The notes under the pieces: model-generated
Databases searched by the model: none
Told to the model about the DNA's origin: nothing
The model's input: the letters and a program-made list of their open reading frames with translations, nothing else
Position numbers and translations under genes: made by a program
In this document: positions 1 to 8,900 of the stretch, piece by piece
How the letters are laid out: the number at the start of each line of letters is the position of its first letter
How positions within the stretch are numbered: the first letter of the stretch is position 1
Virus record (IMG/VR): IMGVR_UViG_3300033144_007170
Location: 29,557-93,556 of that record
Strand: one strand, 5' to 3'
DNA: 64,000 nucleotides
Source of the DNA: a virus

Positions 1-174
1 TTCATATAAAACATCTTCCATAACTTTATTTATGGCTAAAGTTATCTTAGCCCTCGTAGTAGGATCTTGTTTTAATTCATTCACCTTTTTTTCTAATTCC
101 CCACTCATTTTACTAATAAGTACCTTCGCTAATTTATTATGCAAAGCATCTTTGATGCTATTTTTAGAATTCCT

Positions 175-390
175 CTAAATAGCTTCTTTAAAAAGTAAAG
201 ACCATTCTCCCACATAGTATAAACCTCTGGGACCCCGCCCAGTAGTATAATAATTCGGAATTTTATCCCTGCCGTCTATAGATACAGCTTCCCCTTTTTT
301 GTTTAATATATATTGTACTCTGGTAAATTCACTCTGTATTCCCCTACAATTGCCGTTTTTAAGTTCTATTAAAGCTTCTTTTATTTTCAT
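175..390 (-). CDS. hypothetical phage protein
   Basis: 71-aa ORF, ATGA overlap with upstream gene; no recognisable motif. Confidence 0.55.
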   Translation of the reverse strand: MKIKEALIELKNGNCRGIQSEFTRVQYILNKKGEAVSIDGRDKIPNYYTTGRGPRGLYYVGEWSLLFKEAI

Positions 391-881
391 CTAAATAATT
401 CCTTCATCCAATAGGGAATTAATATTATAGGTTCGTCTATTGTCCTTACTGCTTCAAGGTATTTTCTTTTTCCGCCCAAAGCCCAAACTCCTTTTACTTC
501 AACAAAAGTTCTTGCTGCTGGAATATAAAAATCCGGAGTCCAATGTTTTGTTCCGTCAAATAAATCCAAAGTTACTTTCTCATACCAAAACCCAATCCCC
601 TTTTTTATAAAATATTTTGCTACTAAAACCTCAAATTGGGATCTAAATAGCTTTTTTAAAGAATAAGAATATACGGGATATTCATCAGAAACCATAGGAT
701 TTTTTGTATGCTTTCTTAAAAGACGTTCTGTTCCCGCTTCTGTATATTTCCTAAGTAATCTATTCGATATACAATCGGGACTACAGTATACATCAGCTTG
801 CCCTGGAGTATCCTTCCATACTTTAGGGGATCTTATTATAGGATTCCCACATACACTGCATATTTTTTCGGGTGATTTCAT
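387..881 (-). CDS. PD-(D/E)XK endonuclease (T7 endonuclease I-like resolvase) with N-terminal Zn finger
   Basis: YE...WTPDFYIP...FVEVKG catalytic motif; CxxC...CxxxC at N-terminus; downstream of recA. Confidence 0.75.
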   Translation of the reverse strand: MKSPEKICSVCGNPIIRSPKVWKDTPGQADVYCSPDCISNRLLRKYTEAGTERLLRKHTKNPMVSDEYPVYSYSLKKLFRSQFEVLVAKYFIKKGIGFWYEKVTLDLFDGTKHWTPDFYIPAARTFVEVKGVWALGGKRKYLEAVRTIDEPIILIPYWMKELFR

Positions 882-893
882 TTTAATTAGATT

Positions 894-1115
894 TTATTTA
901 ACGACCAAGGAGTCGCCTGAACGTTTAAGTTTCATTACCGCCTTCTGTGCTTCTTCAATAGATATAGATTCCTTTATAAGAGATACTTTTTTCCACAAGG
1001 ATATATTCTCTTCTTGGAATGCCCTAAAACAAAATAATTTTATTTCTAATCCATGTTCGGGACACTGAAACCCATACCCCAAATCCTGTAATTCCCCTGA
1101 AGATTTCTTTTCCAT
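894..1115 (-). CDS. hypothetical protein
   Basis: 73-aa ORF starting 1 nt after recA stop. Confidence 0.45.
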   Translation of the reverse strand: MEKKSSGELQDLGYGFQCPEHGLEIKLFCFRAFQEENISLWKKVSLIKESISIEEAQKAVMKLKRSGDSLVVK

Positions 1116-1116
1116 T

Positions 1117-2202
1117 TTACCCCCTATTTAAAATCAAAGATTTTGCCTTATCTATTATTTGTTTTTGGAGAGAATAATATACTTTTTCATCCGCTCTAAA
1201 AAGAGATAGAATATCGGATTTAGTATACTCAGTTCCTTTATAGGAATATTTTTTCTTACTCCCGTTAGATATAAAATCAAATTGTATAGCTTTGCTTAAT
1301 ACAGTCTCCCAATCCATTACAGTACCTCTTCTGAACTCGTGTTCATTTGAAGTAACTACTGTAAATTCCGCCGCCCCTGCCAAAACCAAAAGTTTCTTCT
1401 TACTGGCAGCGCTTCCCAGAGATACACTAATTTTTGTATGTTCAGGGAGTCCGGTAGAATCTATAAGTTTAACTGCCCTTCTCCCAGTTCTTCCTGATAA
1501 TGTAAAATCATGTTTACTCGCATTACCACCTGGAGCTTCTTCGGAAGGCTGCCCAAACTTAGCAGGTTTTGCTCTTAATTGGTTTAACATTAAAACAGCC
1601 ACCCTATGCCCAATTTTTCTTTCCTTCATTAATAGGGTTTTGCCTTTTCTTATCATATAGGAAACAAGACGGGCTTGGGTCATAACATAATTATCTTCAG
1701 CACTTCCCGCCATTTCTGCGTTTGGAGTCAGGTCTGCAATACTATCTAAGATTATAAGTCCTACATCCTCCGCCCGTATTGCAGAATGATAAATATCTAC
1801 ATACTCTTCCCCTGTAAGACCGTAAACTATATCTGTGTCTTCCGGAACTCCTATATCCTCTGCCCAACTCCAATCAAATGACCCTTCTGCGTCAATAAAT
1901 AAAGTCTTTAATTTTAAAGATCTTTCCTTACACGTACAGTCCCACTCATAGTTATAACACCTGTGACAGAGCAAATTGGACTGTATAATCATCTTTTGTG
2001 CTATATAGGTCTTCGAGCTTGACGGCGGCCCCCAATAGGAAGAAGTGGACCCTACAGGCGCCCCGCCCCCTATACAAAAATCAAGAGCAAAAATTCCGGT
2101 AGGTATCCTTGGAAAATCTCTTGGAGCAGAATTTGCTTTGAGAAAAGTACCTTTTCCGTATTTCTCTTCCCCTGCTTTAATAACATTAGATAATTTAGCC
2201 AC
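1117..2202 (-). CDS. recA: RecA/UvsX-family recombinase
   Basis: IPTGIFALD..IGGG, Walker A GPPSSSKT, FIDAE, Walker B IILDSIADL, QARLVS, NQLR, PGGNA motifs. Confidence 0.92.
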   Translation of the reverse strand: MAKLSNVIKAGEEKYGKGTFLKANSAPRDFPRIPTGIFALDFCIGGGAPVGSTSSYWGPPSSSKTYIAQKMIIQSNLLCHRCYNYEWDCTCKERSLKLKTLFIDAEGSFDWSWAEDIGVPEDTDIVYGLTGEEYVDIYHSAIRAEDVGLIILDSIADLTPNAEMAGSAEDNYVMTQARLVSYMIRKGKTLLMKERKIGHRVAVLMLNQLRAKPAKFGQPSEEAPGGNASKHDFTLSGRTGRRAVKLIDSTGLPEHTKISVSLGSAASKKKLLVLAGAAEFTVVTSNEHEFRRGTVMDWETVLSKAIQFDFISNGSKKKYSYKGTEYTKSDILSLFRADEKVYYSLQKQIIDKAKSLILNRG

Positions 2203-2361
2203 TTTCTTTTCCTTTTTTTCTCTTTAATAAAAAATAAGCGGCTATGCCCCCTCCCGATATTCTATAATAAAGCTTACAACGATCTGGAAAAGGGGCTTTG
2301 CCATAGAAAACACAATCGACTATACAAAAAAAATAAATAAAATACTAAATAAAATAAACAT
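2195..2361 (-). pseudogene. small membrane protein, frameshifted in a T8 run
   Basis: SD GGAGG + ATG at 2361; hydrophobic start stops after 13 codons, but one extra T in the T8 run gives a 55-aa ORF overlapping the recA start. Confidence 0.4.
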
Positions 2362-2445
2362 ATCCTCCCTCCCTATACTACTTTATAGGATTCCTTTTCC
2401 TTCCATACGACCACTGTCTTCATATTTTTCAGGCCCTTTTGCTAC

Positions 2446-2676
2446 CTATACCTTGATCTTCCGTCGGGGCTTCTCTTTCAATACTGTTTCTAATTGAGGC
2501 TCGTCAAAAGACACCTCCTTAGGTAATTCACCGTCTTTGTTTATCACTGGTTGAACGCTAATTCTATCGCACCCCTGTAAATAACTATGACGGGCGACTG
2601 CAATTCCCTTAAATCCAGATACACTATCTTCTACTCTCTCTCCTAAAGTTACCATAATACATTCCTCCTTTTTCAT
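2446..2676 (-). CDS. phage hypothetical protein, paralogue of 61062-61349, probably truncated by a premature TAG
   Basis: LGERVEDSVSGFKGIAVA..YLQGC motif shared with 61062-61349; frame stays open past TAG to 2383. Confidence 0.6.
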   Translation of the reverse strand: MKKEECIMVTLGERVEDSVSGFKGIAVARHSYLQGCDRISVQPVINKDGELPKEVSFDEPQLETVLKEKPRRKIKV

Positions 2677-2679
2677 AAT

Positions 2680-3045
2680 TTATTTTCCCTCTATTTCAAT
2701 TCCTAATATTTCCGCTGCTCCCCTTAATTGATATAGAGTAAACCTCCCGCTATTACCTGAATAATCGAATGTTTTTTGGAAAGCTTCTCTATAGACTACA
2801 GCTTTTTTCTCCTCTTCCCATACTTGACGATTTTCATATAAGGCATAGTTAGAACTGTAATCTGTCTTTTCTCTCCAAGTATCAATATAAAATTGTAGCT
2901 CAAAATAGGAATCGACTTTTTCTTTCGTAGAAAAATATTTTCTACCCACTTTAACGACAATACAATTTCGGGGTTCCTTGGCATTTCTTACATTAATGCC
3001 AGCATTAACAAGAAATAATACATCCCCCTTTTTTGGTTTTCTCAT
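2680..3045 (-). CDS. hypothetical phage protein
   Basis: 121-aa ORF with VVKVGRKYF motif common in small phage proteins. Confidence 0.6.
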   Translation of the reverse strand: MRKPKKGDVLFLVNAGINVRNAKEPRNCIVVKVGRKYFSTKEKVDSYFELQFYIDTWREKTDYSSNYALYENRQVWEEEKKAVVYREAFQKTFDYSGNSGRFTLYQLRGAAEILGIEIEGK

Positions 3046-3056
3046 AATCCTTTACC

Positions 3057-3380
3057 CTATACTACTTTATTTGCACGGCCCAATTCGGATAATTTCTTAT
3101 CCATTTTATTATCCATCCATCCTGCAACTTGTTGCTCTACGTTATCTATTTCTTCTACATAACAAGGAATTTTAGCCGTAATATCCAACCGAATAAACTC
3201 AAAATTCCCCATATTTTTTGTAATTCCCATACTTCCGCCAATATATGCGGGATCTGTCTCAAATTTTCTGACTAATATAGTTTCCTCTTCAGAATAATCT
3301 TCTAATACTTTATCCAATCTTGTTCTTCGTACTGTAATTAATGCTTTTCCTTCTAAAATCTTATTCTCATTTTCTTTCAT
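3057..3380 (-). CDS. conserved phage protein (replication region)
   Basis: 107 aa, GITKNMGNFEFIRLD motif; SD present. Confidence 0.65.
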   Translation of the reverse strand: MKENENKILEGKALITVRRTRLDKVLEDYSEEETILVRKFETDPAYIGGSMGITKNMGNFEFIRLDITAKIPCYVEEIDNVEQQVAGWMDNKMDKKLSELGRANKVV

Positions 3381-3403
3381 ATCTCAGTTCCTTTTTTTGT
3401 ATG

Positions 3404-3751
3404 TGTCAGGGAGCAGGACTCGAACCTGCACGAGATACTGCCCTCCGCGGACAGCCTCTCTTTTACACTGTAGTTTTGCAATATTTTTTATGCTTTTTCA
3501 CTGATTAGGCTACTTCGGCATATCAATATTGGGGCCTCTTACGGCCCCTCCTAGACTCAAGTAATCAACTCTATATCCTTCGCAGCAATGTACTTATTGC
3601 GTATACCAATAACAAATTGAATCGAAAACTCGTAATGTATCCGTTTAGCAGCCTAAGATACGTCTGTTTTCGCTCGTTATAGTTACTGCTCCTATTACTC
3701 TTAAAGGGAATTGTGACCCCAACTCAATTTATTAATTCCGCCATCCCCGAC
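3404..3751 (-). ncRNA. tRNA-scaffolded structured RNA (tRNA-Leu-like ends with two large insertions)
   Basis: 5' GTCGGGGATGGCGGAAT pairs with 3' TCCCTGACA; perfect T-arm GCAGG-TTCGAGT-CCTGC; split D-arm GGCGGAA..TTGGTATACGC; fills the intergenic gap. Confidence 0.7.
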
Positions 3752-3754
3752 ATA

Positions 3755-4423
3755 TTAAAATTTTGCTCTAAGCTGTACTGTTTTTTTATCCGCTCTCAAT
3801 GCTGTCTTCTCCATCCACTTCATAGCCTGCACTAAACTCGCATCCGAAGTCGCTTTCATAGCAACTTCTGGTTTTTCCCAAAAACAAAATAATACTGCCT
3901 GCATACGGTATGGAGTTGTATACTGACGATGATACTCGGAAGCTCTTTGTAATAATCTTAATTGATCTTTAGTATACATTCTCCAGCGCCCCACTGCTTT
4001 GTAAGATGCTTCGGGAACTAATCCGTTTCTGATAAGGTCTCTAAAATAAGATATTGAAATCCCCATTGCATCGGCGGCATACCGAATACTGTACAGTCTT
4101 TGTCCTTTTTTCGTCCGTACAATAGTACGGTTGCTCTTTCCGACGTTTACTTTATTTCTATGGTACCACTCTGTTGACTTTTTTCTGTGGTATTCTCGAA
4201 CCTCCTCCGATTCATTATATCGTTTTGCCTTTTGTACTTTTATTCGTTCCTTGTTGGTTTGATAATATTCAGAATGATAGGAACTCCTGTCAGAAAGACA
4301 TTTTTTATCATTATCTAATTTTATTGAGGGCCGGAGAGAATGACGTATTTTTTTCGGCGGTATTATCTCCATATTCGATTGTTGACTTGATGCAGTTGTG
4401 ACTTCTTTTTCCATTATATCCAT
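3755..4423 (-). CDS. MerR-like HTH DNA-binding protein
   Basis: YSIRYAADAMGISISYFRDLIRNGLVP...WRMYTKDQL winged-HTH pattern. Confidence 0.65.
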   Translation of the reverse strand: MDIMEKEVTTASSQQSNMEIIPPKKIRHSLRPSIKLDNDKKCLSDRSSYHSEYYQTNKERIKVQKAKRYNESEEVREYHRKKSTEWYHRNKVNVGKSNRTIVRTKKGQRLYSIRYAADAMGISISYFRDLIRNGLVPEASYKAVGRWRMYTKDQLRLLQRASEYHRQYTTPYRMQAVLFCFWEKPEVAMKATSDASLVQAMKWMEKTALRADKKTVQLRAKF

Positions 4424-4427
4424 ACCT

Positions 4428-5774
4428 TTATGCTATAATTAATTCCCCTTTTACATCAGAATGTCGATACTCCGACATTCTGCCACGATACCAATTTTGA
4501 CATTCGTTAATATCATTATCTACCAAATCTATAATAACAGGACGTTTCTTACCTTTATATAATCTTGAAATTCTTCCTATGGATTGACGTACTCTTGATT
4601 GAGGCGTAGCAAATACTAATCCGGCTAAATCTGGAACATCCATACCTGTAGAAAACATGCCGAATGTAGCGTAGATTATTCCACAGGTTTCAAGGATATC
4701 TCGTTTTTCCTCTTTTGTAGTTTTACTTATAAATAATCCCGGTTTATGTGCAGGATGTGTTTTATTTAACATATATTTTAATTGTTCTATTCTATCTGAC
4801 AAAACCAATACCCTCCTACCAGATAGAGCTAATTTTATAATTAAAGAAACTAAAATATCACTCCGATCTGTGTCTTCAGCCAAAGCACTTATAATAACTC
4901 CCCTTTTTCGTACCTTAGCTAATTGATATGTCCAACTTGGAATAAATCTGTTCGCCCCTTTATATCCGATAACTATAATTTTAGGTCTATTCTCTTCTTC
5001 TCTATCCGATTCTAAAGAAATTAGCTTTTCTCCAAGATGAAGACGAAAAACTATATCCATCCCATCAGGTCTATCTAAGGTTCCGGAAGCTCCTATCCGA
5101 TACTTAGCAGAAAACATTGAAACTGCTTTACTGAATTGCTCAGCCCCAGTCCTATGTAATTCATCGTATACAATTACACCGAAATGTTTCTTAAAATCTT
5201 CTCCGTATTTATCTTTACACACAGACTGGATAGTCGCTAATGTTATTGGTTTATCTTCATAATCTATTATATCGGCTTGTACATGCCCGATATCTTGTTT
5301 ACAGTGTTTAGTATGCTCTACTATCATATCCTTCCATTGCTCCAGAAGGCTGGTAGTAGGAACTACCACAAGAACATTCATCCCTATATGCTCAAGGAAT
5401 TTAAGAAGCATGACCGTCTTCCCGCTTCCTGTGCGTGCTTTTAGAATAAATCCAGTTTTCCCAATTGCTACAGAATCCATAAATTCTTGGTATAGCGGCA
5501 GTTGATTATCCCTAAGCTGAGAAATGAACTCGTGTTCAGAAAAAACGCCCTCGGAGATATCTATCTTTAGGTCTTCTATTTGAGCACAATCTACTCCATA
5601 ATACCGAGGTATGCCGAAATAGCCCTTCTTGCTTTCATCATACATAGGAACAGAAGCTAAATCTTCATACTTCGGCCTTGCTGTTAATTTAGCTCTTAGC
5701 TTTTTTATCGGGGCCTGCAATTCATCTATAGAAAGAAATAAATGGGTCCCCAATATTCCTTTTGTATAACTCAT
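4428..5774 (-). CDS. superfamily 2 (DExH, UvsW/ResIII-like) DNA helicase
   Basis: TGSGKT, DELH, SGT, TGMDVP, QSIGRISR motifs. Confidence 0.92.
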   Translation of the reverse strand: MSYTKGILGTHLFLSIDELQAPIKKLRAKLTARPKYEDLASVPMYDESKKGYFGIPRYYGVDCAQIEDLKIDISEGVFSEHEFISQLRDNQLPLYQEFMDSVAIGKTGFILKARTGSGKTVMLLKFLEHIGMNVLVVVPTTSLLEQWKDMIVEHTKHCKQDIGHVQADIIDYEDKPITLATIQSVCKDKYGEDFKKHFGVIVYDELHRTGAEQFSKAVSMFSAKYRIGASGTLDRPDGMDIVFRLHLGEKLISLESDREEENRPKIIVIGYKGANRFIPSWTYQLAKVRKRGVIISALAEDTDRSDILVSLIIKLALSGRRVLVLSDRIEQLKYMLNKTHPAHKPGLFISKTTKEEKRDILETCGIIYATFGMFSTGMDVPDLAGLVFATPQSRVRQSIGRISRLYKGKKRPVIIDLVDNDINECQNWYRGRMSEYRHSDVKGELIIA

Positions 5775-5776
5775 TA

Positions 5777-6043
5777 CTATTCAAAAATTCCTAATTTTTC
5801 ATACATTTCAGTTAATGCGGGATATAATGCATTATACAATTTTTCGATTGCCCTAAGTTGTGCTATCTCTAAAGTTTTTGCCGGAAGACGTACCCACTCA
5901 AACAGTCCATCACAATAACACACCCAAGGATTTTCCTCTCTGATAACAAGTCGGAATCTTCCGAAATATATCTCAGAGTATTGTTTTCTATTAATTGAGG
6001 ATATCGTATCTTTCCATTTAGGTTGTATAAATTTTGTATGCAT
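5777..6043 (-). CDS. hypothetical protein, tandem paralogue 3
   Basis: shares KW..FG.F.L..W..CDGLF..A..KL pattern with the two upstream ORFs. Confidence 0.6.
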   Translation of the reverse strand: MHTKFIQPKWKDTISSINRKQYSEIYFGRFRLVIREENPWVCYCDGLFEWVRLPAKTLEIAQLRAIEKLYNALYPALTEMYEKLGIFE

Positions 6044-6336
6044 TACTCATAGCCTTCGGATAATTCAGTAAGAGCTCCCTGTAAAATTTTCTGCAATTCC
6101 ATCACAGCATATTTTTTTCTTTCTAAAAGATCTTTGCCTTTTATAGGCAAATCGTAAGGCAAACCTTCACAAGAAAGCAACCAACATTTTTTATTAAATT
6201 GAATACCTGGCCGAAGATATAAATCAATGTCTCCGAAAGTAGCTACAGTAATCTCGGTCCCTTCTTCAGTTTCCCATTTGGCCATTATAAATTCCTCCAT
6301 TTTGTATACATTACTTACAGCCCTTCGATATTTCAT
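6043..6336 (-). CDS. hypothetical protein, tandem paralogue 2
   Basis: MAKW...WLLSCEGL...LQKILQGAL; probable start at MAKW. Confidence 0.6.
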   Translation of the reverse strand: MKYRRAVSNVYKMEEFIMAKWETEEGTEITVATFGDIDLYLRPGIQFNKKCWLLSCEGLPYDLPIKGKDLLERKKYAVMELQKILQGALTELSEGYE

Positions 6337-6595
6337 CTAAAGCTTCTCGGAGAACGATTTGTAATTTTGCTATAGCTTCGCATTTGGCTTCCGAAAGTTT
6401 TTTTCTTTTTGAATAGGCAAAAGTATTAAAACATAGATAAGTATTATCAAATAAACTATCACAAGATAAATACCAAATAAAATTCCGTTTATCTTGTGAC
6501 ATATAATGATGAACTCTAAGAATAAAGGCTCCTATTATAGCCTCAGAACATATAATACCACCGTGTCCGTCTTTATAATTCACCCACTTAGCCAT
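6311..6595 (-). CDS. hypothetical protein, tandem paralogue 1
   Basis: MAKW...WYLSCDSLF...LQIVLREAL. Confidence 0.6.
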   Translation of the reverse strand: MAKWVNYKDGHGGIICSEAIIGAFILRVHHYMSQDKRNFIWYLSCDSLFDNTYLCFNTFAYSKRKKLSEAKCEAIAKLQIVLREALDEISKGCK

Positions 6596-7365
6596 TACAA
6601 GAATCTCCCTATGTCTGCTTTTTCCGAAGGAGTTGCATTACTATCACTTTCGGTACTCTCACTCCCAACAGGAGGTGTACCACCAATAATAGCCAAAAGA
6701 TCGGCGGCGGGTTTGGGATTAAATACTTCCCTACAATTAAAGGGTTTAATCCATTCGTTTGAATCTATTTCTTCCATTCCATTTTTACCCATAACTGTTT
6801 CAGGGGCAAAAGCTTTTAATTCCTCTTCCGTACATCTTTTAATAAACTCAAAATCAGAACCGGAGTTATTATCTTTATCCCCAAATCTTGATATCTCAAA
6901 AGTACACCCAGTCAGATTACTCTCTCTCTGCTCTTTCTTTTTAAGAATTTTATTTCGAGCCGAAGATTTAAACACAGCAAGGCGTTTTGAGTTTTTGATC
7001 CGCATTCCTGCATTAGGCCCCTTTTTAAGTATGTATTCCGAATGATCTATGCCTGTAAATACTACGGCATAATAGCATATATTGCCCGCATCGCATAAAG
7101 GACAATTATCGAAATCTGAAAGACAGGTCTCGAAGTTAACCCAAGATCCAGCTATAAACAATTGGTGTTCCCTAATAAAAAAGCCTTTGGTATCCAAAAA
7201 AGTAAATTTTATAGAACTGTCTGGAGGCATCCATAACCTTCTCTTTTTGGCTATTACATTTTCATCTCTGGATTCCGCCCGTCTCTTGGCAGCTTCCTCA
7301 TCTACTTTTTTTCCTTCTATCTCCCCTTCCTCTCCTGTCTTAAACCAATTTTTATTACCACTCAT
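6595..7365 (-). CDS. single-stranded DNA-binding protein (gp32-like, Zn-binding)
   Basis: EH..TC..CPLC Zn motif, FEISRFG OB-fold motif, acidic tail; start refined to ATG at 7365; between primase and helicase. Confidence 0.75.
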   Translation of the reverse strand: MSGNKNWFKTGEEGEIEGKKVDEEAAKRRAESRDENVIAKKRRLWMPPDSSIKFTFLDTKGFFIREHQLFIAGSWVNFETCLSDFDNCPLCDAGNICYYAVVFTGIDHSEYILKKGPNAGMRIKNSKRLAVFKSSARNKILKKKEQRESNLTGCTFEISRFGDKDNNSGSDFEFIKRCTEEELKAFAPETVMGKNGMEEIDSNEWIKPFNCREVFNPKPAADLLAIIGGTPPVGSESTESDSNATPSEKADIGRFL

Positions 7366-7555
7366 GTATTTTCCCCTTTTCTTTTGTTTGTCGAAGATCT
7401 CTACCGCATATCCCACAATACCGAGATCCTACCTTTTCTGTTTGACCCTTGCACTGAGCGCAAGGAGCTTTAGTGCAAGATTGCTCAAATAATCTATCAA
7501 TATACATTTCATATCCAAAATCATCGTGAAAATCTTCTCGTTGTTCTCTCTTCAT
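7355..7555 (-). CDS. small Zn-ribbon protein
   Basis: CxxC...CxxC, SD GAGG upstream. Confidence 0.5.
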   Translation of the reverse strand: MKREQREDFHDDFGYEMYIDRLFEQSCTKAPCAQCKGQTEKVGSRYCGICGRDLRQTKEKGKIHEW

Positions 7556-7590
7556 CTGATCTATCCTCTTTAACTATAAAGGTATAATAA

Positions 7591-7721
7591 TGTGCGCCAC
7601 CCTGCCAAAAAGTGATGGAATCGAACCACCGTAAAACGTAATAATTTCGGTAATGATCACTCCCGCCATTATCCAATAGCTTATTTCCTCAATATACGGG
7701 ATCGAACCGTAATGGCGCACA
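7591..7721 (-). ncRNA. putative structured RNA with two tRNA T-arm motifs
   Basis: 9-bp closing stem TGTGCGCCA/TGGCGCACA; hairpins TACGG-TTCGATC-CCGTA and GGTGG-TTCGATT-CCATC. Confidence 0.55.
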
Positions 7722-7853
7722 AAGTTACAATAAAATTTTTGTTATGCACTATATCAAAAATTTTAGGGGGTCTGTAGCGCAAAGGGTACATGGTGCCCCA
7801 AGCTAACCGTTTAAAGTTTCCCATGAAGTTTTAAAAAGTTCCGACCCCCTTCT

Positions 7854-8900
7854 TCATAATAAAATTTTCTTACTATACACTTTATCGAAATCTGCTTTTG
7901 ATTCCAATCCCCCGGCGTCTTTTATCCCTACTATTTTCCAATCTAAAGCGAATAAAGTGGAATACCCCTTAAGATATTTTTTTGCTTTTATTTGATTTTT
8001 TAATCCTGGAATATCCGCATCAAATCCTAAAATAACTACATTATGGTAAAGCCGGTCAAGTTGTGCTTTTTGTATGCCTCCTCCAGAAGCTATTGCGTTA
8101 TATATTCCAAGAGTATGTAATCTTAATACGTCCGTTTCGGATTCTACTATAATAACAGGTTCTTTTGTAAGAAACTGTTCTCCAAAAAATCTTGAGGAGT
8201 CTCCCCAAAAGTCCCTGCTGGCTTTTGGTTTCCGCATCGCCTCATCTTTCCATTTATTTTGTGCATATGTATGCGATATAGAAAAAAACACTTTCGATAA
8301 TCTTGATCTTGCTCGTAACCACCAAACTTTATTTTCTCTGTCTATTCGGGGAAATATTATTAAACTATCCTCATTGTCGCATCTTAAATTAAAATGTTCT
8401 TGCGTGGCTCTACCTATGCCTCTCTTATCGCTTAAAAAAGAACTGCATTTTTTTACTATGAACCCACAGTGACTTTTCAACAAAGGGAACTTATCTAAAA
8501 CTATCTCAGGTACTTCTGTTTTCTGCACTGTTTTCTCCCCCCTATTTTCCCATTGCGGTAAAGATGCAAAAACTTTATCTGTATTTGAAAAAATCTCCTG
8601 TTTCCCGTATATCTCCATTGCTTCCGGCCACCCTGGGATATCAAGCATCCAAAGATTATGAATTAACCCAGAAAGAGGAGCTGGATCGGTGCAGGTAAAA
8701 CATCTATATAAAGATTCCCCTTCCCGATTGACTAAAATACCGAAAGAGGGATGCCTATCTGTACCTTTTTCATGGGAAACAGAAGCTAAGGGACAGGAGG
8801 AATTAACCCAATCCCATTGATAGGAATTCCAATTATCCAAAACAGAAGTCCTTCCCATACCCAACGCATGCAATAACTGCACAATGCCGCCTTTATTCAT
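7854..8900 (-). CDS. dnaG: DNA primase (Zn-finger + TOPRIM)
   Basis: CP..H..D.HPSF..CFTC Zn domain; IIVESETD and GFDAD TOPRIM motifs; IKDAG. Confidence 0.88.
   Translation of the reverse strand: MNKGGIVQLLHALGMGRTSVLDNWNSYQWDWVNSSCPLASVSHEKGTDRHPSFGILVNREGESLYRCFTCTDPAPLSGLIHNLWMLDIPGWPEAMEIYGKQEIFSNTDKVFASLPQWENRGEKTVQKTEVPEIVLDKFPLLKSHCGFIVKKCSSFLSDKRGIGRATQEHFNLRCDNEDSLIIFPRIDRENKVWWLRARSRLSKVFFSISHTYAQNKWKDEAMRKPKASRDFWGDSSRFFGEQFLTKEPVIIVESETDVLRLHTLGIYNAIASGGGIQKAQLDRLYHNVVILGFDADIPGLKNQIKAKKYLKGYSTLFALDWKIVGIKDAGGLESKADFDKVYSKKILL

Noticed and set aside
3404-3751. Ordinary tRNA-Leu with a group I intron, or canonical tmRNA
   Set aside because: No anticodon stem-loop could be reconstructed, no clear P7 core, and no GGGG..TTCGAC 5' end or LAA-type tag; kept as unclassified RNA
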